Shown one piece after another: positions 50,013-59,108 of a DNA stretch of 64,000 nucleotides (its first letter is position 1; every line of letters starts with the position of its first letter). The notes under the pieces are model-generated. The model saw only the letters and a program-made list of their open reading frames with translations. It was not told where the DNA came from and ran no database searches. Made by a program: the position numbers and the translations under genes. Source of the stretch: Burkholderiales bacterium (lineage in GTDB: Bacteria; Pseudomonadota; Gammaproteobacteria; Burkholderiales; Rhodocyclaceae); the NCBI GenBank assembly GCA_038203745.1, contig JBBRDR010000001.1, forward strand, positions 12,357 through 76,356, read 5' to 3'.

Positions 50013-50549
50013 TTAATCCTGACTGGCGGAAAGTCCTGAGCTAAGCAGGCTGCGCATCAGTTGCTGCGCAACAGCCGACAGTGCGTCACGGCTCCAGCCA
50101 CTCTTGCCGCCAACGCCATTCCAAAGGGTCTCGCCGCTGTCTACATCGATAATCGAGAGCGCTATCCCCACTGCTGGCTCACCGTCCACGCCGACCTTGT
50201 AGCGCCATTCGTCGACACTGCCGGAGAGTGCATAGCGTGCGCCCAGTTCGCGCGCCCAGAGGAGGCCGGCATCCAGTTGCTTGCGATCACCCGGTTCGAA
50301 CAGCGCATCCTGTTGCAAGGTCGCCGGGTAACGGCGCAGCTTGCTGATACCGAGGCTGCGCATTAGGCCTTCGGCAATGGATTCGGCGCGACTTCCGGCG
50401 AGCGGTGTTTCGGTGTTGTTGGCAAACGGCAGCACCACCCACTGAGCTTTGCTGCTCACCGTCGGAGCTTCGCTGCGGTCAAGGGTTGAGCAGGCCGCAA
50501 GCAACGTGAGCGTCAGTGCCAAAATGAGTCGTGTGAGGAGTGTAGTCAT
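50013..50549 (-). CDS. pelC: Pel outer-membrane lipoprotein
   Basis: Lipobox LAAC, PFANNTETP and EWRYKVGVDGEPAVG. Start taken as ATG 50549. Confidence 0.93.
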   Translation of the reverse strand: MTTLLTRLILALTLTLLAACSTLDRSEAPTVSSKAQWVVLPFANNTETPLAGSRAESIAEGLMRSLGISKLRRYPATLQQDALFEPGDRKQLDAGLLWARELGARYALSGSVDEWRYKVGVDGEPAVGIALSIIDVDSGETLWNGVGGKSGWSRDALSAVAQQLMRSLLSSGLSASQD

Positions 50550-50568
50550 GTGTTTCTCCAAGGCTGAA

Positions 50569-53500
50569 TCAGTAGTGTAAACGATAGGTGAAGCCGATGA
50601 CGCGAACCGTGCCATCCGAAGTGGAACCTGCTTTGTCATAGTGAATGCCGAAGTTGAGGTGGTCGCCACCGAAAACGCTGCCAGCGATTCCAGCGCTTAC
50701 GTCATAACCCGGGCCGCTTGAAGTGTTCCAGGTTCGGGCAACGCTGGCATAAGGACGCCACGCTCTGGTGTATTCGCGTTCGAAACGGGTGTTGGTCGAC
50801 AAGCGGACGCCGTAGTAACGGAAATCGTTCGGTACGAAGAAGTCGGAAGCAATATCGTCGATTGTCTCGGCGTCGCTGGGAACCAGCGATCGGCGGGTGC
50901 CCGGCGGAAATGCAAGCATTTGTGTGTTTTGGAGATTGGCCATGGGAACCTGACTGAAATTATGTGTCGACCAGAATACACTTCCTTCCAGATCGCGCGG
51001 CTCGATACGAAAAGCGTGTGCGGCTTCAACCTGCCAGGACTGACCGCTCCCGAGTTTCTTTCCATCTTCCTGAGCGTTGAAGCGATCCCAGCTGCGAGTG
51101 AGCGCAAGCTGGTCGCGGGCCGTTGGGCGGTAGCGCAGTGCCAGTGCGGCGGCATCCTTCATGCCGGCCACTCGCAATGTGGTGGACTCAGTCGAAGGGA
51201 GTTGGCTGCCGAGCATTAGATTAAACGACATCCGTTCGTTGATGCGCTGCTCATGTTGGAGCATGAGCGGGTGGTAGGCGTCGTAGCTGTTACGCTCCTC
51301 GGCGACTAGCGTTGTTTCCCCGTCGGGGTGGCGCCAGTTGGCGCGCAGGCCAGCGACACTTTCATCCGGTGTGTAGCCGATCACCTTGGTGTCGTCGTTA
51401 TTACGGTCAATACTTCCCAGCGTCAGATCGAGCGACAGGCGAGGTGAAATGGCGAGATGCCACAGCGCTGACTTGTTGCGTTCTTTAACGCTGCCGATAT
51501 CACCTCCGGTCAGCCCGACACCGATATGATCGGAATGCGCCAAAAGCGCTTCGGTCAGTTGGAGATGCAGGGGGTCATCAAACGGCTGCAGGGTTTGTGT
51601 ATCAAAGGCATCGCTCTGCGCCAGCCGCACATCATCAACCAAGCGTGCGGCGTTGATGCGGTCGTAGCGGGGCAGCCGTTCTCCATAGCGATCAAGCAGT
51701 TGGCCAGCAGCTTCCCGGTCGTTTTCAGCCAGTGCCAGGGAGATTTCGGCCCACAACGGACGTGCCGCCGTTTGCGCATATTGCTGCCACAACCAGCCGC
51801 GCTCGGCCTGATACTGACCGGCATCCTGCAACCAGCCAAGCGCCACGTCCTTGCTCGCCGAGGAAAGTTTTTTATCGGCATCGCGATCAAGGCGCAGCAA
51901 TTCACGCAGCACACTGAGACCTGGGTCGCCCTGACGCTGCGCAATGACCAGACGCGCCCGCGCCGCCCGTCGCAAGTCGCGCGTTTCTGAGGCATCCAGC
52001 CCGGACAGCCAGTCTTTGCGTCCGCTTCGCTGGCGCTCCTGGGCAAGCAGGTGCTGGCGCAGCTGCCAGGCCCGATCAACGTCCTGATTTTGCTCGAGGG
52101 CATCAGCGTAGTTCATCAGCCATAGAAAATCATTGCGGTGTTCAGCCAGATGAGGGGTGTAATAGCGGCGCAGAGCGATGTCAGGCAGGGAGAGCGCCAG
52201 GTACGCCGAGCCTAGGGCGTCATGCAGGGCAGGATTCTCACGCCATCCCCCTTCCCAGGCGGCCAGTGCGCGTCGCAAGCCGACAGGATCACCAATGTCG
52301 ATCAGCAGCCAGAGCAGTGCCAACTGCGTATCCGGCGCACCGGTTGCCAGTTGCACGGCCGCTTCGAGGTCACGCCGGGCCAGCTCAAGTTTGCCGGTGT
52401 TCAAATAATACTGCGCCGACAGAATAAGAAAGTCGGGGTGTTGGCGCATGAGTCGCCTCTGCTTGGCGTCAAGCGAGGCAAACAGCACGCCCATTTCCAG
52501 CCAACGTTCGCGGGTGGCGTACAGGCCGAGCGCCTGGGTCAAGTGTTTCGTTTGATGAAAGTTCGACCAGGCCTTGGCCGCAACATGAGCGGCTTCCAAC
52601 GGGTAATCCAACTGCAGCAACTCGAAAAGCGCGTCAAAGTCATGCACTTCAGCTTCCGGCTGTCCAACGAAGCGCCGGTAAGCGTTAATGGCGGTACTGT
52701 CCTTTTGCACGAACTGGGCGATCTCGGCCGTGAGACGCCAGAAAGGAATGTCATTGCCGCTTGCTGTGGCGCCTGCTTGTTCAAGCAAAGCTAGCCCTTC
52801 GTCGCCTTGCCCACGCAAAAGTAACAGTGTGGCTACACGAACGGCCCGGGTTGTCGTCAGACCGTCATCCGCAATAAGCTGCCGCCAGTAGCGCAGGGCC
52901 AGATCTTCGTCAGCGGCGCGTTCGGCCAGCTGAGCCATGTACTCGAGGGCCCATGGCTGATGGGTCTGGGCATACGTTTTTTCGAGAACGCGCAAGGCAC
53001 CTGCCGGGTCGCCAAGGCGTTCGTAGATGGCGACCAACTCGCGCAACAATGACTCCTTGCCCGGCTGGCGTGACAACTCGTATTGGATTGCAGCCTGCAA
53101 CGCGGTATCGTCAAAGAGGCCGGGCGCCAGACGAAGAACGGCTTGCCAGGCGTCGTCGCGTCCCCCGGCACGCGCCAGATAGAGCCAGTTTTCGAGCCCT
53201 TGCTGGGGGCGGCCTGTCCATTCCGAGACCTTGGCCAGACGTTCTCTCCAAACCAGATTGTCGGGTGCCTGACGTACGGCCGAGGCAGCGACCTTCCACG
53301 CATCTTCAAGCTTGCGGTTGTCCAGAAAAGCTTCAAAACCGAGCGTGTAGATCTTGTCGTCGAAAGGCAGTTGCGGGCCTTTGCCGAGGTTTCGGTCCGG
53401 CTCATCGCCGGCCAGTGCGACGCGCCGGATGGTGACGTCGAAACCATCCGCGACGCGTTGTTCACGCTGCCATTGCTCAAGCATCGACAGCCGGAGCAGA

Positions 53501-54360
53501 CGGCGGGCATATTTGTCGGCCAGATCCGGGCGGCGCGCGGCACGGGCAAACTGCACGAGCAGGACCAGTACCTCCATATCATCACTTAGCGCCGGCGTTT
53601 TCTGAAATGCCACTTCGGCGAGTTTGAGTGCTTCGGGAATTCGATTGCCGGATTCGAGGGTGCGCATTGCCTCAATAAAGAATCGACGCTGCGCCGCAAT
53701 AGATTTTCCCCGTTCGCTGGCGATCAGATAGAACTCTGCAGCGGCCAGGTATTCACCGTTTTCCAGTGCTGCGCGCGCGCCTTCGGAAAACCAGTTTTCA
53801 TCTCGATTGGGGTATTCAGACGCTAACCGGTGGAAGAGTTTCAGGCCGAGTTGCGTGTCGCCGAGGGCCAGCGACTTGCGGGCGATTTCAACCAACATGC
53901 TCTCTTCCCAGCGGAGGTCAGCCAGTCTGAACAGTTCGTTGCGCAGGTACTCGCGAAGCGTCTCGCGCTGCGGTGCATCGGGCGGGAGAAGCAGGTAGCG
54001 GTGCTCCTCGCTTAGCCACAGCAACCAGGTCGCTTCAAGATACAGGCTGTCGACATTCGAGGCCAGAGCCGGTGCGATGGTTTGCGTAACCTGCGAAAAC
54101 TGCCCGGCCAGAATCTGGTTGCGAGCCAGCATCAGGCGCAGGCGCGGGTTCTTGGGGTCAGTGCGCAGCAGATTGACGAGATAAGCGTTGGTAATTTCTC
54201 CAGGCGGGGCTTGATAAAGGCGATTGACCAGTGTCTGGTGCGGGTAGATACCGACGAGCACCGCCAAAGTCATCGAGCCAAGCAGGATGATCGACCAGGG
54301 CGGTGCCAGGCGAGGCCGCTCAGCGGGGGCGGCAGCGAGTATCGATCGTTGCAGTAGCAT
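50569..54360 (-). CDS. pelB: Pel TPR/beta-barrel export protein
   Basis: N-terminal TM, a long TPR region (WLMNYADALEQ) and a C-terminal barrel ending in Y. Start uncertain (54360 or up to 54459). Confidence 0.9.
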   Translation of the reverse strand: MLLQRSILAAAPAERPRLAPPWSIILLGSMTLAVLVGIYPHQTLVNRLYQAPPGEITNAYLVNLLRTDPKNPRLRLMLARNQILAGQFSQVTQTIAPALASNVDSLYLEATWLLWLSEEHRYLLLPPDAPQRETLREYLRNELFRLADLRWEESMLVEIARKSLALGDTQLGLKLFHRLASEYPNRDENWFSEGARAALENGEYLAAAEFYLIASERGKSIAAQRRFFIEAMRTLESGNRIPEALKLAEVAFQKTPALSDDMEVLVLLVQFARAARRPDLADKYARRLLRLSMLEQWQREQRVADGFDVTIRRVALAGDEPDRNLGKGPQLPFDDKIYTLGFEAFLDNRKLEDAWKVAASAVRQAPDNLVWRERLAKVSEWTGRPQQGLENWLYLARAGGRDDAWQAVLRLAPGLFDDTALQAAIQYELSRQPGKESLLRELVAIYERLGDPAGALRVLEKTYAQTHQPWALEYMAQLAERAADEDLALRYWRQLIADDGLTTTRAVRVATLLLLRGQGDEGLALLEQAGATASGNDIPFWRLTAEIAQFVQKDSTAINAYRRFVGQPEAEVHDFDALFELLQLDYPLEAAHVAAKAWSNFHQTKHLTQALGLYATRERWLEMGVLFASLDAKQRRLMRQHPDFLILSAQYYLNTGKLELARRDLEAAVQLATGAPDTQLALLWLLIDIGDPVGLRRALAAWEGGWRENPALHDALGSAYLALSLPDIALRRYYTPHLAEHRNDFLWLMNYADALEQNQDVDRAWQLRQHLLAQERQRSGRKDWLSGLDASETRDLRRAARARLVIAQRQGDPGLSVLRELLRLDRDADKKLSSASKDVALGWLQDAGQYQAERGWLWQQYAQTAARPLWAEISLALAENDREAAGQLLDRYGERLPRYDRINAARLVDDVRLAQSDAFDTQTLQPFDDPLHLQLTEALLAHSDHIGVGLTGGDIGSVKERNKSALWHLAISPRLSLDLTLGSIDRNNDDTKVIGYTPDESVAGLRANWRHPDGETTLVAEERNSYDAYHPLMLQHEQRINERMSFNLMLGSQLPSTESTTLRVAGMKDAAALALRYRPTARDQLALTRSWDRFNAQEDGKKLGSGQSWQVEAAHAFRIEPRDLEGSVFWSTHNFSQVPMANLQNTQMLAFPPGTRRSLVPSDAETIDDIASDFFVPNDFRYYGVRLSTNTRFEREYTRAWRPYASVARTWNTSSGPGYDVSAGIAGSVFGGDHLNFGIHYDKAGSTSDGTVRVIGFTYRLHY

Positions 54361-57082
54361 GGGGGAGCCGGAAGGTCTGGGAGTTTTCGCGGATTCGGTG
54401 CGCTGTGATGGGCTTGCCGTTGGCACTGACAGTGCAGTTTCCGGCATCTGAAAGAGCAAACTCGATGGCCTGGTAAGCCTTGAGAGTGAAGTGGATATTG
54501 CCGTCGCGGGTGGACCACTCGGTCAGTCGTGCGTTGGCTTCACGCAAATAGGGATATGGCGCGGGATGGGGAGCGAAGCGCAGGAAAACATCCGGACCGG
54601 AGAGATGAATATAATTTCCTTCAGCGGCTTTGGTATGACCAGCAACGCCCGACGAGGTTTCGATATCCGGCAGCCCAAGATCCGCTGGCGCATGCAGGGT
54701 GCGCAGTTCGCCCTCGCCACGTATTCGCCAGCCCTGCCCTTCACGCGCCAGGACGATGCTATTGAAGTCCTTGGCCTTCCGGATGAATTCGGAGGCGTGG
54801 ATGATGTTGGGGTGTTGCGCCAGCGACCAGTCGTACACCTTGTAAAGTGCGTTTAATGAGGCTCTCTTGGTTGCCGAATACGTGTGATAGTAGATGTCGA
54901 TGGGCTTCAGGCGTCTAGGCGTTTCAGTCATCTCAAAAGTTTCGATGACGCGCTCAAAGCCGTAGAAGGGCCCGGTCCATAGGTTGGTATAGACATTCTC
55001 GTTCATCATCGGGGCATACGTCTGAAAGACGCCGCCTTTGGTCAGACCCAGCGCTGAAACTGCGGTCAGGGTTGGAAATGCCTTGGAGATGATGGTGTTG
55101 CCGCCGTTCATGTTGAGTAGCCCGTCGGCCTCGGCAATCTTCATGGCCGTTGCCTGCGGTTCAGCGTCGCCAGTCCAGAGCATGATCGAGACCGGTTTGC
55201 CAGGTGGTGCCAGTCGAGTGCGGATATAGTCAATTGACCCCGTGATTTCACGGGCAAGGTCAAATTTATAGCCCGGAATGTCCAGATGGTAACTTTCATC
55301 CTCGAGTTTGCCGCCGGGTTTCTTTTCTGCCAAATCCCATCTGAAGGGGTGGGAGAAGCTGTGACTGGCAATTTCGACATAAGGCAGGGCGAAGGTTCGC
55401 CGCGCAAGCGACTCCATTTCTGCCGACAGTTTCGGGTACAGGCCGTACGGTGCAACTTCGCCCTCGATTACTGACATCGTGGTGGGCAGGCGATATTTTT
55501 CAATCACGTCATTCAGCAAAACTTTACCGGCAAGAGGCGATCCCGGCATTTCAGCCAGCGAAGGGTAGCCGTCGCCGTCGATGTGAATGAACATCAGACG
55601 CCGACCGTTCTCGGTGGTGGTGTCGGGAACGGGCAGCGCCGGTAGCGCCAGCGCCTGTTGCAGGAAGGCAAAGGGATCGATAATCCAGCGGAATTGCTCG
55701 GTGCCAGGTATCTGGATGACGGCGAAGGGGTCAAGTACATACCCGCCCCAACGCGTTATCGCGGCTGCGTCATACGAAACGCCCTTGGCGTCGGTAACCT
55801 GTAGCAAGGAACGGCCATGATCCTTTGCCAGGTGAAGGGGCACCAGCGCGCGCCGGTCTGCCCGCGGCTGGGCTTCCAGTCCAATAAGCGCAGGATCGTA
55901 TGCGCCAACACTCAATTTGCCCGTTGCCGTGCCAGTGTCAGCAACTAACCCGAGGTGGCGGGCCGTACCGGCATCGAGTGGAAAACCAAACTGGCCGAAA
56001 ACGGCCACACGTAACCCGCTGTCGATCTGTCGGCGCAGCCAGTTCGAGAAGGGCTTGCCGCGATTTATATTGCCGCCGGTCCAAAGCACGATGCCGGCAT
56101 AGCGGCCGGCCAGATTGCCGGTTGGGAGCGGTTGGTTGATGTCATAAAAATCGGCCGCATAGCCCAGGTAGTTTGCGGGCATGGTTGCGAATCGCACCAA
56201 AGGGGTTTCGCCAAGCGTCTCGTCGTTTTGAATGCTGTATAGCATCAACAACCGGCGCGGCACCACTTCGCGCTGGCCGATCCCCAGCGTCGCGAGGTCG
56301 CTGTCGGTCACCCATGGAACGATGCCCAGTGCCGAGATACGCTCGGCCGTGGCGCGGGTCAGGGCACGGTCTTGTGGCGGAACGTAGTCAATGGCAAGTA
56401 CAGGGAGACCGTAGAGGTCGCGTACCTTGGTCAATTCGTTTAGTAACCATTCGCGCTCTTCAGCACCGATTTCGACATAGCGCTTTTTCCCGGCATTCCA
56501 GCCGCGAAAAAGCGATTCGGCAGCGACCATCTGCACTTTGTCTTTGACCTTTGGTACAACGTCAAATCCCCGGTTCAGAATCAGCTGAATGCCGGGAAAG
56601 CGCAGGTGTAGTTTCTCAATAATCGCAACAAGACCGGCCTGCTGGGCATTCTCATCAAATTTCTTGGCCAGGCGATAGGAGTCAAGGGTGTCGAGAAAAA
56701 ATCCGCGATACCCTTTGTCCCAAAGTGGCGCAACAATTTTGTCGGTGACAAAGTCCGCCCATTCAGGGCGGGACAGGTCAAGCACCACCGAACCCCAGTC
56801 AGGATTCTCGGTGAGAATAGTGGCGGGCGGAATAGTCTTGAACCAAGCCCGAGTCGGTTGAGCCTCGCCGATGCCGACGTAGGCATAAAGTTCACTGTAC
56901 GTCTTGCGATAGGCTTGAGGATCGTAGTTGTGATCTGGATCGACGACGACGATGTCGAAGGCTTTCAATTCATCCAGCGGAGCATTGTCGGCGTAGAAAA
57001 AAGCCACAGCCGGTACTGCAGGCGTTGCTGTGGCGGGCGCCAGCCAGAATAAAAGGAGAAGGGCGATAAGCCAGTTTTTCAT
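54320..57082 (-). CDS. pelA: Pel hydrolase/deacetylase
   Basis: Signal peptide, glycoside hydrolase region (AYVGIGE, GFFLDTLDSY) and deacetylase region (HIDGDG, SHSFSHP, YYHTYS). Start taken as ATG 57082. Confidence 0.94.
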   Translation of the reverse strand: MKNWLIALLLLFWLAPATATPAVPAVAFFYADNAPLDELKAFDIVVVDPDHNYDPQAYRKTYSELYAYVGIGEAQPTRAWFKTIPPATILTENPDWGSVVLDLSRPEWADFVTDKIVAPLWDKGYRGFFLDTLDSYRLAKKFDENAQQAGLVAIIEKLHLRFPGIQLILNRGFDVVPKVKDKVQMVAAESLFRGWNAGKKRYVEIGAEEREWLLNELTKVRDLYGLPVLAIDYVPPQDRALTRATAERISALGIVPWVTDSDLATLGIGQREVVPRRLLMLYSIQNDETLGETPLVRFATMPANYLGYAADFYDINQPLPTGNLAGRYAGIVLWTGGNINRGKPFSNWLRRQIDSGLRVAVFGQFGFPLDAGTARHLGLVADTGTATGKLSVGAYDPALIGLEAQPRADRRALVPLHLAKDHGRSLLQVTDAKGVSYDAAAITRWGGYVLDPFAVIQIPGTEQFRWIIDPFAFLQQALALPALPVPDTTTENGRRLMFIHIDGDGYPSLAEMPGSPLAGKVLLNDVIEKYRLPTTMSVIEGEVAPYGLYPKLSAEMESLARRTFALPYVEIASHSFSHPFRWDLAEKKPGGKLEDESYHLDIPGYKFDLAREITGSIDYIRTRLAPPGKPVSIMLWTGDAEPQATAMKIAEADGLLNMNGGNTIISKAFPTLTAVSALGLTKGGVFQTYAPMMNENVYTNLWTGPFYGFERVIETFEMTETPRRLKPIDIYYHTYSATKRASLNALYKVYDWSLAQHPNIIHASEFIRKAKDFNSIVLAREGQGWRIRGEGELRTLHAPADLGLPDIETSSGVAGHTKAAEGNYIHLSGPDVFLRFAPHPAPYPYLREANARLTEWSTRDGNIHFTLKAYQAIEFALSDAGNCTVSANGKPITAHRIRENSQTFRLPHATATIDTRCRPR

Positions 57083-57284
57083 AAGTGGCCAGATCGTGAA
57101 AGCATTGCGTTGCGCGACGGAACGATCAAGGCAGACAGACGGCTTGTCAAAAAAACAATGCATTGTGTCCATAGTGACTGAATACTAACGCAAGATGTGA
57201 GCTGGCACTGTGAACAAATTCACGCCAGACCATATCCGGCCAAGCCATTTGAGGCATGTGGCCTGTTCGACAGAATGCCCGGGT

Positions 57285-58886
57285 TCAGCAGACGACGAAA
57301 CTGACCCGTTCGTAATCAGGCCCATCGTCGAGGACATGCAGAAGCCGGACTTGCCAGACACCGTCTGTAAATAGCTCAATAACCCGCCCGGGCCGGAACC
57401 AGCCCTGTGGCAGTATCAACGATTGTTCGGCTTGCACGGCTGGGACGGCCGGCAGCAGGAAGGCACGCTGATACTTTCCGTCTTCAAAGCCCGAGTGATC
57501 GAGTGCGCGGGCGGCGGTGGCGACCGGTATGCCCGGCAGCGTCTTGATGCCGGCTATCAGCCCGCCGCCCTGTTCCTGCATCAGCCACGAAGATTGCGCC
57601 AGCATGAAACGATCGCCATCATGCGGGCAAATGGCCAGCAACTGGTTGTGCGCCATCTTCTTGCCAGAAATGCTGCGCATCAGGCGGAAGCCATTGACTG
57701 ACTGGTTGACTACCTCCCAGTTGTCGACGGTGTAATCAAGTTGCTCCTGGCGAACTTGCAAAACCTGCCGGGGGTCGGCCTGGTGGCGGAAAACGAACAG
57801 GCTTTCAAATTCCCGGCGGGAGTAGGCGCGAACATTTTCCGGTTGTTCAAACTCCCTGCCGGAAATGAAAAAATGCATTTCGTCAAAGCCGGTGCACAGC
57901 CGGGTGATGCCAGACGTTGCATGGCGACGGAAATTTCTCAGCGCACGCGCCAGCGACCAAGGCCGGGATAGGTGTTCAAGCAGGCGGTTGCATTGACCTG
58001 CTGAGCAGTCCTCGCCCAGAGCAAGTTCGGCTGGCGATATTTTCAGCTTCAACTGCTGGCGAATCTGGCTGATTTGCATGGCCAGTCGCGAGGTATCCAG
58101 GCAACGCAAATTTTCAGTTTGCAGGCATTCGGCGACAGGGCGCAGGGCGGTGTCCTGCATCAGGTCAACAACTTGCAGCGGCAGCGTTTCTCCCGGGATA
58201 GCCGGGTACAGGCTGACCAGTGGTGACCAGTAGGTGGCCCAACGCCTGACCAGAAATTGATCACGAAGCGAAAGGCTGTAGCAGCCGGCAATCTCACACA
58301 AGAGGAAGCTGATGTAAGTGGCTGCGCAGTGTGTATTCCGCCCCAAAGAGTCAAGCGCATCAGGAATGTTTAAGGTGGCCACGCCCCACTCTTCGGCGCT
58401 GCCGTAGTAGCCATGCAGGTCAAGCAACAACCCCCACGGCAATGCGCGCCGTGCGCGCTGGTGTTCAATCGTGGCCATGCCGGTGTGGTGAATGCAGCGC
58501 TGCAGAATCGTCGCTACACGCTGGGCATGGGCAGGGTGGTCTTCATTAATCAAATCATGCTGGGCACAGTGCGCATAGGCCTTGGCCGTTTTCAACCAGA
58601 GCGTGACGACCTTCTGAAAAACAGCCTCTTCAATGTCGCTGAGCGGGAGTGCTTTGTTCAGGTAACGCTTGGCAAGTTCTTCGGCAATAAAGGCGGTCGC
58701 CACACGGGCGTGTTCAAGCAGCCGGAAATAAGTTTCTCCGTCAGGCGGCGCAGCCAGCAGGCTGTCAAGCAAGCGGTTGAGATCGACTTCTGCCTGCTGC
58801 GGGTTGACCAGAGGAATGCGCGCAATGATCTCGCAGCCGGTTTGCAGATCAGGAATCGCAAAAGTCATGGGCGACGAGGCGTTCAT
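57285..58886 (-). CDS. FimW-like helical protein with C-terminal PilZ-like domain
   Basis: RNFRR (RxxxR) and NQSVNG (N-x-S-x-x-G) PilZ-type motifs; 533 aa. Confidence 0.6.
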   Translation of the reverse strand: MNASSPMTFAIPDLQTGCEIIARIPLVNPQQAEVDLNRLLDSLLAAPPDGETYFRLLEHARVATAFIAEELAKRYLNKALPLSDIEEAVFQKVVTLWLKTAKAYAHCAQHDLINEDHPAHAQRVATILQRCIHHTGMATIEHQRARRALPWGLLLDLHGYYGSAEEWGVATLNIPDALDSLGRNTHCAATYISFLLCEIAGCYSLSLRDQFLVRRWATYWSPLVSLYPAIPGETLPLQVVDLMQDTALRPVAECLQTENLRCLDTSRLAMQISQIRQQLKLKISPAELALGEDCSAGQCNRLLEHLSRPWSLARALRNFRRHATSGITRLCTGFDEMHFFISGREFEQPENVRAYSRREFESLFVFRHQADPRQVLQVRQEQLDYTVDNWEVVNQSVNGFRLMRSISGKKMAHNQLLAICPHDGDRFMLAQSSWLMQEQGGGLIAGIKTLPGIPVATAARALDHSGFEDGKYQRAFLLPAVPAVQAEQSLILPQGWFRPGRVIELFTDGVWQVRLLHVLDDGPDYERVSFVVC

Positions 58887-59108
58887 GTGTGTACCGGCGT
58901 GACGGTCGGTAGCAGTTCGCTACCGCTTGAGATGCAGAACTCACAATTGTCAGAGTGCTCGGCCATTGTTGTAAACCCGGAAAAAATGCTGCGTAGCAGG
59001 ATGTCAATACGTCCATCCTCATCCAAAGTAACCTCAATGTGGCCTGTTTACAAGGAACTATGTCACAGATTCACCAAATAAAAGGGTGCTGAGGTGGACA
59101 AGGGCTGC

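Noticed and set aside
57083-57284. c-di-GMP riboswitch or FleQ box upstream of pelA
   Set aside because: No GEMM-type conserved elements and no GTCA-N6-TGAC dyad were found.
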